A stretch of DNA of 64,000 nt from Bacteroidales bacterium (lineage in GTDB: Bacteria; Bacteroidota; Bacteroidia; Bacteroidales; VadinHA17), in assembly GCA_038325595.1 (NCBI GenBank), contig JBBQJD010000005.1:6291-70290 (forward strand), written 5' to 3'. Of the stretch, positions 18,619-27,281 are shown piece by piece (the first letter of the stretch is position 1; each line of letters starts with the position of its first letter). The position numbers and the translations under genes were made by a program. The notes beneath the pieces were generated by a model, which saw nothing but the letters and a program-made list of their open reading frames with translations, was not told the origin of the DNA and did not search any database.

Positions 18619-19974
18619 ATGAACAAGATATCGGTTATCATTAAAAGAGAATATGTTACAAGGGTAAGAAAAAAATCATTTATCATAATGACAATTCTTG
18701 CACCTCTTCTCATGGCAGCTATTGTGATCCTGCCAACTGCCCTTATGATGGGTCAGGATGGTGACTTTAAAAAGATTGCTGTTATTGAAGATCATTCTGA
18801 TCTCTTCAGAGGTGCACTGAAAAATACAAATGAAATTGAGTTTGTCTACCAGGAAAATAAATCAGTTGATGAGCTGAAAAAATCATTTGAAAGAGATGGA
18901 TATTACGGAATACTTTATATTTCACCCGAAGTAGTCAATACACCAAATGCCATTCAGCTCATTTCAAAACAACAACCACCTATAGGACTTCTCGACCACA
19001 TCGAAAATTCACTCAAGAAAGAAATTGAAAAGCAAAAGCTTGTTGCATATCAGATTGATAATCTCGATGAAATAATGAAGAATGTCGAGACTAATGTATC
19101 AGTACAGACCATAAAGATTGATGATGCGGGAGTTGTAAAAGAAACGAGTACTGGCATAGCTATGGCTGTAGCATATATACTTGGTTTTCTGATGTATATG
19201 CTTGTATTTATATTCGGCGCACAGGTTATGAGGGGCGTCATCGAAGAAAAGACAAGCAGGGTTGTAGAGGTGATAATTTCTTCTGTCAGACCCATCCAGC
19301 TTATGATGGGCAAAATAATTGGCATTGCCCTTGTAGGTCTTACTCAGTTCCTGATTTGGATCTTTCTGACCATCGCAGTTGTGGCTTTTGTTAAAGGAAC
19401 AATTCTTCCCGAAACTGATATTGCAAAATTAACTGAGAGTTCCCAGAGCTTAATGTCATCTTATAACACTCCATCAGAAACAATGCAGACATCAGAGATT
19501 TCTCCGGAAATGGCTGAGTTCTCGAGGTTGTTTGATAACGCCATGAGCCAGCCCTGGGGATTGATAATAATTTTGTTCATTTTTTACTTTATTACAGGTT
19601 ACCTGTTGTATGCTTCAGTTTTTGCTGCTATTGGTTCTGCTGTAGATAATGAAACTGAAACTCAGCAATTTATGCTGCCGGTGACAATTCCCATAATTCT
19701 TGCCCTTATGGTGGCAATGGGTACAATGCAAAATCCTGAAAGCTCGCTTTCATTCTGGTTCTCATTGATACCCCTCACCTCTCCTATTGTAATGATGGCC
19801 CGTATTCCATTTGGTGTACCATATTGGCAAATAGCACTTTCAATGGCGTTAATGTTAGTCACATTTGTTGCATTCGTCTGGATGGCTGCCAAAATATACC
19901 GCACAGGCATTCTCATGTACGGTAAGAAATCATCATGGAAAGAAGTGTGGAAATGGTTGAGGTATAGCGGATGA
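18619..19974 (+). CDS. ABC-2 family transporter permease (NatB-like)
   Basis: 451 aa with an N-terminal TM, a large extracytoplasmic loop and a C-terminal multi-TM bundle. It lies directly downstream of the ATPase. Confidence 0.8.
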   Translation: MNKISVIIKREYVTRVRKKSFIIMTILAPLLMAAIVILPTALMMGQDGDFKKIAVIEDHSDLFRGALKNTNEIEFVYQENKSVDELKKSFERDGYYGILYISPEVVNTPNAIQLISKQQPPIGLLDHIENSLKKEIEKQKLVAYQIDNLDEIMKNVETNVSVQTIKIDDAGVVKETSTGIAMAVAYILGFLMYMLVFIFGAQVMRGVIEEKTSRVVEVIISSVRPIQLMMGKIIGIALVGLTQFLIWIFLTIAVVAFVKGTILPETDIAKLTESSQSLMSSYNTPSETMQTSEISPEMAEFSRLFDNAMSQPWGLIIILFIFYFITGYLLYASVFAAIGSAVDNETETQQFMLPVTIPIILALMVAMGTMQNPESSLSFWFSLIPLTSPIVMMARIPFGVPYWQIALSMALMLVTFVAFVWMAAKIYRTGILMYGKKSSWKEVWKWLRYSG

Positions 19975-20025
19975 GGGGTGAGGAATGAGGAGTGAGGAAT
20001 GAGGGTGCCTTTGTGCCTCTTGTGG
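19975..20025. repeat. short tandem word repeats (GTGAGGAATGAGG x2, then GTGCCT x2)
   Basis: gaggggtgaggaatgaggagtgaggaatgagggtgcctttgtgcctcttgtggc begins at the permease stop codon. Confidence 0.6.
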
Positions 20026-20063
20026 CAAAAAGAAAAGAGAGAAATACAAAATAAAAGCTAATT

Positions 20064-21239
20064 ATGTCCAGGATTCTTGTGATTGACGACGAAAGAGCTA
20101 TCCGGAACACTTTGAAGGAGGTTCTTGAATATGAAAAATATGAGGTTGACCTTGCTGAAGATGGTCCGAAAGGATTGGAAATGTTCGCTTCAAATGCTTA
20201 TGATATAGTACTTTGTGATATCAAGATGGCTAAAATGGATGGCATTGAAGTGCTTGGGAAAATATTCGAAGAGTCGAGCCATACACCTGTAGTAATGATA
20301 TCGGGTCATGGAAATATTGATACTGCGGTTGAGGCAATAAAAAAGGGAGCATACGATTTCCTTGAAAAACCGCTCGACCTGAACAGGCTCCTTATCACAA
20401 TACGCAATGCAATTGATAAATCAACGCTAATTACTCAAACGCAGGTGCTTAAGAATAAGGTGAGCAAAATGTACGAGATCATTGGTCAGTCAGAAGCTAT
20501 TGAAAAGGTTAAAAGCATGATCGACCGGGTCGCTTCCACTGAAGCACGGGTGCTGATTACAGGAGCCAACGGCACCGGAAAAGAACTTGTTGCTCACCAG
20601 ATCCATGAAAAAAGCAACAGGGCAAAAAATGCCTTCGTTGAAGTGAACTGTGCGGCCATACCTTCAGAACTAATTGAAAGTGAATTATTTGGACATGAAA
20701 AAGGCTCATTCACCTCAGCAATTAAACAAAGAATTGGCAAGTTTGAACAGGCAAATGGTGGTACCCTGTTCCTTGATGAGATAGGCGATATGAGCCTCTC
20801 TGCCCAGGCAAAAGTCTTAAGAGCCCTCCAGGAAAATAAAATTACACGTGTCGGTTCAGATAAGGATATACATGTTAATGTAAGGGTGATAACCGCTACA
20901 AATAAGAATATCAGAAAAGAAATTGAAGAGAATGCATTCCGCGAAGATCTCTATCACAGGCTTAGTGTTATTCTGATACATGTCCCTTCACTCAATGAAA
21001 GGGAAGAAGATATTCCCCTTCTTGCAGAGCATTTCAATTCTCTGATATGCAATGAATACGGGATGAGCAAAAGACTTATCAGGCCTGATGCAATCATGGA
21101 ACTTCAGAAAATAAAATGGACAGGAAATATCAGGGAATTCAGGAATGTTCTGGAAAGGCTGATAATCCTGTGTCCCAATGAAATTACCGGGAATGATGTT
21201 CTTGCATATGCCAAACCTGTTTCGGGAAGCAATATATAA
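20064..21239 (+). CDS. sigma-54-dependent response regulator (REC + AAA+), no C-terminal HTH domain
   Basis: REC domain (DDE...LCDIKM...KP), Walker A GANGTGKE, GAFTGA-loop variant GSFTSA and FLDEIG. The protein ends about 30 aa after the AAA+ module with no Fis-type HTH. Confidence 0.9.
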   Translation: MSRILVIDDERAIRNTLKEVLEYEKYEVDLAEDGPKGLEMFASNAYDIVLCDIKMAKMDGIEVLGKIFEESSHTPVVMISGHGNIDTAVEAIKKGAYDFLEKPLDLNRLLITIRNAIDKSTLITQTQVLKNKVSKMYEIIGQSEAIEKVKSMIDRVASTEARVLITGANGTGKELVAHQIHEKSNRAKNAFVEVNCAAIPSELIESELFGHEKGSFTSAIKQRIGKFEQANGGTLFLDEIGDMSLSAQAKVLRALQENKITRVGSDKDIHVNVRVITATNKNIRKEIEENAFREDLYHRLSVILIHVPSLNEREEDIPLLAEHFNSLICNEYGMSKRLIRPDAIMELQKIKWTGNIREFRNVLERLIILCPNEITGNDVLAYAKPVSGSNI

Positions 21240-21241
21240 TC

Positions 21242-22681
21242 ATGGTCAGGATAGAAAAAGACTCTCTCGGCAAAAAGGAAATTCCTTTTGAAGCTTTATT
21301 TGGAATCCATGCGGTAAGAGCAAGGGAAAACTTTCCTTATGTATCGCCTTTTTCTTTCGACTGGTACAAAGCCGTGGGAATCACCAAACTTGCCTGCTAT
21401 AATACTTACATTAAATTCCATGATGCTGCCATTGAAAAATATGGACAGATTCCCCTGGTAAAAATCACTCAGGAAGTTCTCGATGCTCTTTGTGAATCCG
21501 CGAATGAGATAGCAGAAGGAAAATACTTCAATCAGTTTATTGTTCCGGCAATTCAGGGGGGCGCGGGAACAAGTATTAACATGAATATCAATGAAATAAT
21601 TGCAAACTCTGCACTTTTGAAGCTTGGTCATACATGCGGTGACTATGATTACATTGATCCTACAAGAGATGCAAATATTTATCAATCCACCAACGATGTA
21701 ATTCCTACGGCTCTTACCGTTGCTGTTATGAAGCTTATGCTGAAGCTCGAAGACCATATAAACAGGCTAAGGCAAAAGACCGAGGAATTTGAAAAAAGCA
21801 AAAGGGAAAAGCTTCGACAGGGGTTTACCCAGATGCAAGAGGCAGTACCTACATCATTCGGCATCCTCTTCAGTACATATAACGAAGCATTGTCGCGCGA
21901 CTGGTGGAGGGTCTCAAAATGCTCGGAAAGAGTAAAACAGGTAAACCTGGGAGGGGGAGCTATCGGAACAGGATTGTCGATTCCGCGGTTCTTTGTAATG
22001 GAAGTAGTACCCGAATTGCGGAGGTTAACAGGACTTCCACTGGCACATAGCGAAAATTTACCTGATGTAACCAGCAATCAGGATAAGTTGGTCGAGATTC
22101 ACGCAACCCTTAAAGCCCATGCTGTTAACCTTGAAAAGATGTCTTCTGATTTACGTCTTCTTGCATCAGACATTTCAGGTGATAAAATTCTTTCAATACC
22201 GGAAAAGCAGGTAGGCAGTTCGATTATGCCCGGTAAGATTAATCCGGTGATACCCGAATTTGTTGTATCTGCTGCACATAAGATTTATTCAAATGATATG
22301 CTTGTTACATCTCTCTGTGGTCAGGGAACACTGGAATTGAATGCATATCTGCCGGTTATAGGTAATGCAATCCTCGAAAGTCTCAACCTGCTTATTGCGT
22401 GCAATATAACGCTTCTTGAAAATCTTTTTGACGGAATAGCCCTCAATGAAGATGTTGCCTATAATAAGCTCATAAGCAGTCCATCTGTGACAACAGCACT
22501 TATTCCGTATATCGGTTACCATAAAGCAGCAGAAGTTGCCGCAATCATGAAAAGAAGGAAACTGGATATCTTTGAAGCCAATGACCAGCTGAAAGCAGTA
22601 GATGGTGATAAGCTCAAAATAATCCTTCAGCCCGGAAATCTTCTCAAACTGGGTTTTTCCATTGATGATCTGAAACCGTAA
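21242..22681 (+). CDS. aspartate ammonia-lyase / class II fumarase family protein (divergent)
   Basis: SS-loop GSSIMPGKINP, QSTNDVIPTA and GGAGTSINMN are present. The region equivalent to GRTQLQDA reads GFTQMQEA. 479 aa. Confidence 0.85.
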   Translation: MVRIEKDSLGKKEIPFEALFGIHAVRARENFPYVSPFSFDWYKAVGITKLACYNTYIKFHDAAIEKYGQIPLVKITQEVLDALCESANEIAEGKYFNQFIVPAIQGGAGTSINMNINEIIANSALLKLGHTCGDYDYIDPTRDANIYQSTNDVIPTALTVAVMKLMLKLEDHINRLRQKTEEFEKSKREKLRQGFTQMQEAVPTSFGILFSTYNEALSRDWWRVSKCSERVKQVNLGGGAIGTGLSIPRFFVMEVVPELRRLTGLPLAHSENLPDVTSNQDKLVEIHATLKAHAVNLEKMSSDLRLLASDISGDKILSIPEKQVGSSIMPGKINPVIPEFVVSAAHKIYSNDMLVTSLCGQGTLELNAYLPVIGNAILESLNLLIACNITLLENLFDGIALNEDVAYNKLISSPSVTTALIPYIGYHKAAEVAAIMKRRKLDIFEANDQLKAVDGDKLKIILQPGNLLKLGFSIDDLKP

Positions 22682-22770
22682 GGTGAATAGCAGTTAAGGA
22701 GCCGCCTGAATCTGTTAAGCTAAGGCTCTAACCATAAAAATTGCTAATTTTACTGCAAATTTTTCCTCTC

Positions 22771-23997
22771 ATGACTAAAGGAAGAGAATCAAAACCGCAT
22801 ATTGGCATTTTCGGAAGGCGCAACAATGGAAAAAGCAGCCTCATCAATTGCCTGGCAGGACAGGATATAGCAATAGTCTCCGATCATCCCGGAACTACTA
22901 CTGATCCGGTAAAAAAATCATTTGAGATAACCGGTTTCGGTCCTGTGATTCTTATAGACACTGCCGGTATTGACGATTCAGGTGAACTCGGACAAAAAAG
23001 AATAGAAAAAACCCTCAGGATTATTAACATAATTGATCTCGCAATACTTGTTGTAACTCATAATTCATGGGGCGATTTTGAAGATAATCTTCTTAAGAAA
23101 TTCAATGAAACCGATATACCATATATTATAGTACATAGCAAATCGGATATTCAGGAGCCTTCCGGAGAATTCATCAGTAAAGTAAAGATCAGAGCCAATA
23201 GCAATCTTCTCGAATTCTCTGTTACTGATAAAAGGAATTTTGAGGAGCTCATAGAGCTTATACGGACAACCATTCCGGAAAAATCCTGGAAAAATCCTTC
23301 CCTTCTTGGTGACCTGATTTCTTATGGCGATATAGTTCTTCTTATTACACCGATCGATGTTGAGGCTCCTGCAGGCCGCCTTATTCTCCCGCAGGTACAA
23401 GCTATAAGGGATATACTTGACAATGATGCAGTTGCAATAATATTAAAGGAAAGGGAAGTAGATGCTTTTCTGAAAAAAACCATGATCAGACCTGCTCTCG
23501 TTGTCACCGATTCACAGGTGTTTGCAAAGGCCGACGCATCAATTCCTCCGGGAATTCCCCTGACAAGCTTCAGCATCATGCTTGCACGCTATAAGGGTGA
23601 CTTTGAAAACTATTTGAAAGGAACGCCCAGTATCTCGGAACTAAAGGACGGGGACAGGGTTTTGCTTCTTGAATCCTGCACTCATCATGTTTCGTGCGAT
23701 GATATAGGAAGGACAAAAATTCCACGGTGGATCAATAACTTCACAGGAAAAAACATCGTTTATGATATGGTTGCCGGGCTTGACATTCTTCCAAGACCGA
23801 TTTCGGAATATTCGCTTGTTATACAATGCGGTGGCTGCATGATAACACGGAAGCAACTTTACAACAGGTTGCAGGCAGCTGTTGATGCCGGCGTACCAGT
23901 GACTAACTACGGTATGGCAATTGCCTATGTGCAGGGTATATATAAACGGGCGATCGCACCGTTTGTAAAGGAAGATAAGGAGCACACATATTTGTAA
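22771..23997 (+). CDS. hydF: [FeFe]-hydrogenase H-cluster maturation GTPase HydF
   Basis: N-terminal GTPase (GRRNNGKSSLIN, DTAG, HSKSD) and a C-terminal cluster motif CTH-x46-QCGGC. ATG at 22771 is preferred over the track's TTG at 22741. Confidence 0.85.
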   Translation: MTKGRESKPHIGIFGRRNNGKSSLINCLAGQDIAIVSDHPGTTTDPVKKSFEITGFGPVILIDTAGIDDSGELGQKRIEKTLRIINIIDLAILVVTHNSWGDFEDNLLKKFNETDIPYIIVHSKSDIQEPSGEFISKVKIRANSNLLEFSVTDKRNFEELIELIRTTIPEKSWKNPSLLGDLISYGDIVLLITPIDVEAPAGRLILPQVQAIRDILDNDAVAIILKEREVDAFLKKTMIRPALVVTDSQVFAKADASIPPGIPLTSFSIMLARYKGDFENYLKGTPSISELKDGDRVLLLESCTHHVSCDDIGRTKIPRWINNFTGKNIVYDMVAGLDILPRPISEYSLVIQCGGCMITRKQLYNRLQAAVDAGVPVTNYGMAIAYVQGIYKRAIAPFVKEDKEHTYL

Positions 23998-24024
23998 CCG
24001 GAATTAAATCCCCTATTATTTTAA

Positions 24025-27000
24025 TTAGTTCCACCGTTCTACGATCACCGGATCTTCAAGCAACCCGAATGGAATAATACAATAATCATCCCTCCAGATA
24101 TTCGTGCTTCCATCTGCTTTCAACCGCAGATCATACCAATTCTCTTCACCTGACCGCCTGGTTGTCCACGTACTTCTGCCTGTAAAGCTCTCAGGTGAAA
24201 GGGCTATTAGTTCACCCTCAGCATTATGATGAGGTCCCAGCAGGTTACGAAGGGAATTTACCATGGTAATGCTTATTGAATTGCTTCCTTCCTGTATAGC
24301 ATCTGTAATATCAACTTCCCATGGAGACCATGCTAAAGGCGGCTTATCAATACCATTAATATTCACTTTGAGTATGATTGCTTCACTTAACGGGAACTTA
24401 AGAACATACGCTTTGTTCTTATCAATACCGGTAAGATCAAAACTTTTTTCAATAAGAAAACTGCCATTATAGAATGGGTATCCCTGCCCTGAAAGATCTC
24501 CGCTGAACGCAGCTTTTTCATCAGTAACAGTAAATTCAGTAAAATGATTTACCGGTTTAGGTACAAGGAATCCCCGGGCATTTCGCTGTGAAGGTTCTGA
24601 AGGGCCGGTAAACCTTTCACCTCTTACAGCAAAATCTCCTGTGAGATAAATACTTTCAATTTCGCTTCCATAACGTTCAAAAGGATCGCGGCTATCAGGC
24701 ACTGGAGCCTTATAATCGAGATAAAGTTTAATCGAGTTATTGCCTTTTTTTATTGCAGGGGTTACATCAGTTGTTTTGAAAGACATATCCCTGTAAAATG
24801 CCAAACCATCATAATTTACAGGCATACCGTTTACCTCAATTTTTGAAAACATCTCCGGTTGCTCAAGTACCAGATTGCTTGATGATGGTAAAGCATCAGC
24901 TTTAAAATCAAAGGCAAGGATAAGAGATCCGTTAAAGTTATTTTTTGTGAACCTTTCATGTATCCCGATTACAGGTTCAGGCTTGCTGAATGTTTTTCCA
25001 TCATCAGTGGAATAACGGGCGAAATCGAGCGTTAAAGCATTAACATCCTGACGTTTACCATTCCAATCTCCTTCTAAAGCGATAATCTCCTTTTCATTGA
25101 GGGGGATTGTATAGTCGCCCGAGTTAACTGACCCATCTACAAGATCCCTGTCTGTAAGAATATAGCTTTGGGCAGGATGAAGCAATAATTCATAACCATT
25201 GTCATTCCTAATTGTGTAACTCTTACCTGATGAAGGATCAAGGAGCACAATGTTTTCAGGATGATCACTAAAATTTATTTTACATCTGATTAAATTCATC
25301 CTGGAAATATTGGTTACCTGTAGAATAGGTTTACTATTTGATATTCTGCGACTTATCCATACATCTTCCGGAGTTTCTCCCGTTACGATGACCATCGGAG
25401 CAACCTCATTCTTTATTATAACCGCATAATCCTCAGTGTTTGCAAGTATGACAGCCTCCCTTAATTCCTTTAATTTTTTTTCATCCCTTATACCATCAAT
25501 ATAGTCAGGCATACTCACGGCAATTATCTTTCCTCCTTTTTCTGCAAATTTCAGAATCAGATCGACTGTCGATTGTCTTATGGTTAGCATAAAAGGAAGA
25601 ATGACTGCTTTGTAGGATTGCTCTCCCACCAGGATCATATTACCTTCAACAGATCCTTTTTCAGCAATTACCTGTTCATCTCCAAGATCATAATCACGCT
25701 GGTTTTCCTGAAGTGTTTCCAGCAGATTCATATAATCCGAATTTCTTGAAGAAGAGGACTTGAGTTGAAGTGAACCCTCAATATATTCGCTTTCAAGAGG
25801 ATGAATAACCAGAAATTCAGCAGCATATTTTCCAATAGTGCTCATATAACAGAGCCTGGCCGTATAATCCTCCAAAAGTTTATTGTATTGCCAGTACGGT
25901 TGCTGAAAGCTCAGCGTCGGAGGATAGTCTCTTTTTCTTGTGCCTTTCATACTGTAAAGCGCCAGGTGCGGACACAGATGATTGATTCCGGTCAGAGTAT
26001 GCCATGAGGCAATCCATAAACGGTCCTCGAAGTTCATATTCTGACCACTGATGCCGTAAGCTTCAGATAATCTTCGTGTTATTCCATATTGATTTGAAAC
26101 TGAAGATATTGACCGTGAAGCGTTCAATGCTCCGTCAATATGCAAGCCAAGATGATCCAATCCCGGCTGTTGCATATTTCTGCTCTGCATCATAAGATTG
26201 CCAACATTATTTCGCACGCTTGTAAAACTTTCTTCCCCATTGTAATGTCCTGTAAACATCATATTGTTTGCAACGCAATAATCACCGATTTGCTTGCTGA
26301 AACTTGTCTCAAACTGTTTTGACAGGGTGCGGTAGTAATCAAGTCTTACCTTTTCATATCCGGGCAGTGTATCGTACAAAGCAGCTATAACCGGCAGGAG
26401 GTCGTACCCGTTATCTTTTTTAAACACCTCAATCAATACCTGCGAAAATGGAAGCACGCCATCATGTTCTACATCATCGGACGATGGAAATAGTTGTGGT
26501 TCATCGGTAAAAACACCAAGTGCTGAATGTCCAAAGTTTTCTTTGTAACGTTCAGCATAGGGTGTATAGCTTGATTCAATAAACTCCTTAACTGTTGCCG
26601 GATTCAGAAGGTCAACATAGGATGTACCATTAAACCAGGCACTTCCGCTTTTAGTTTTATACAACAAATAAAAAAAGGAACTATCCTGATTGAGTATCTC
26701 TGCATTTTCAGGAACTGCCTTTGATCTTTTCAGCCTCATCAGGCACCGTGCACGATAATCTTCATTTTTTAGTGGAACAAGCCCTCCTGCAAAGCCGCTT
26801 GGCCACTTATCTTCATCATAAAACCATGCATATGTATCAGTTCTTTTACAAGCTTCCATACCGGCATCCATGGCTTTCCACCAGTCGCTACCCAGATATT
26901 CTGTGAGCAATCCCGTCCTGCTATGAAGGTACACACCTCCATATCCACCCTTTGCAAATTCTGTTATCTGCCTGTCAATCTCGGCTGAATCGAGCAGGTC

Positions 27001-27159
27001 ATTAAGGGAATAGAACGGAACCGACCTGTAATTTTTGGAAGGGTCCTTAAATTCAGTGAAACTGATCTTGTCAGATACCTTATTATATTCATTGGTATCT
27101 TTGTTTTCTTGTGTGCATGCCGTTAAAAGGAATAATAGAGGAAGAAAGTACTTTTTCAT
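24025..27159 (-). CDS. large lipoprotein glycoside hydrolase-like protein (possibly GH106-like)
   Basis: Lipobox LLTAC. N-terminal block YRSVPFYSLND...GGYGGVYLHSRTGL...FYDEDKWPSGFAGG resembles large Bacteroidota rhamnosidase-like hydrolases. Family assignment is tentative. Confidence 0.55.
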   Translation of the reverse strand: MKKYFLPLLFLLTACTQENKDTNEYNKVSDKISFTEFKDPSKNYRSVPFYSLNDLLDSAEIDRQITEFAKGGYGGVYLHSRTGLLTEYLGSDWWKAMDAGMEACKRTDTYAWFYDEDKWPSGFAGGLVPLKNEDYRARCLMRLKRSKAVPENAEILNQDSSFFYLLYKTKSGSAWFNGTSYVDLLNPATVKEFIESSYTPYAERYKENFGHSALGVFTDEPQLFPSSDDVEHDGVLPFSQVLIEVFKKDNGYDLLPVIAALYDTLPGYEKVRLDYYRTLSKQFETSFSKQIGDYCVANNMMFTGHYNGEESFTSVRNNVGNLMMQSRNMQQPGLDHLGLHIDGALNASRSISSVSNQYGITRRLSEAYGISGQNMNFEDRLWIASWHTLTGINHLCPHLALYSMKGTRKRDYPPTLSFQQPYWQYNKLLEDYTARLCYMSTIGKYAAEFLVIHPLESEYIEGSLQLKSSSSRNSDYMNLLETLQENQRDYDLGDEQVIAEKGSVEGNMILVGEQSYKAVILPFMLTIRQSTVDLILKFAEKGGKIIAVSMPDYIDGIRDEKKLKELREAVILANTEDYAVIIKNEVAPMVIVTGETPEDVWISRRISNSKPILQVTNISRMNLIRCKINFSDHPENIVLLDPSSGKSYTIRNDNGYELLLHPAQSYILTDRDLVDGSVNSGDYTIPLNEKEIIALEGDWNGKRQDVNALTLDFARYSTDDGKTFSKPEPVIGIHERFTKNNFNGSLILAFDFKADALPSSSNLVLEQPEMFSKIEVNGMPVNYDGLAFYRDMSFKTTDVTPAIKKGNNSIKLYLDYKAPVPDSRDPFERYGSEIESIYLTGDFAVRGERFTGPSEPSQRNARGFLVPKPVNHFTEFTVTDEKAAFSGDLSGQGYPFYNGSFLIEKSFDLTGIDKNKAYVLKFPLSEAIILKVNINGIDKPPLAWSPWEVDITDAIQEGSNSISITMVNSLRNLLGPHHNAEGELIALSPESFTGRSTWTTRRSGEENWYDLRLKADGSTNIWRDDYCIIPFGLLEDPVIVERWN

Positions 27160-27210
27160 ATCAGTCAGGGTTGATAAGTAAAAGTAAGAAAATTATTATT
27201 GAAATCCATA

Positions 27211-27250
27211 ACCGCAAAGTTGCGCAAAGTTCACGCAAAGGGCGCAAAGA
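27211..27250. repeat. four tandem 10-nt units, each containing CGCAAAG
   Basis: accgcaaagt tgcgcaaagt tcacgcaaag ggcgcaaaga, in the 122-nt gap between two minus-strand genes. Confidence 0.8.
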
Positions 27251-27281
27251 TAATCAGCCTGGAAACCTTTGTCGTTAAAAC

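Noticed and set aside
21296-22077. Two long minus-strand ORFs (153 and 131 aa) inside the aspartase-family gene, and similar ORFs at 36224-36718, 34502-34885, 4348-4701 and 16985-17326
   Set aside because: All lie antisense to or out of frame with ORFs that carry strong family motifs. Their translations are low-complexity or Cys/Ser/Ile-rich with no motifs. They are treated as shadow ORFs.
22741-22770. TTG start for hydF
   Set aside because: The first in-frame ATG at 22771 (MTKGRESKPHIGIFG) places the G1 P-loop at the usual distance from the N-terminus.
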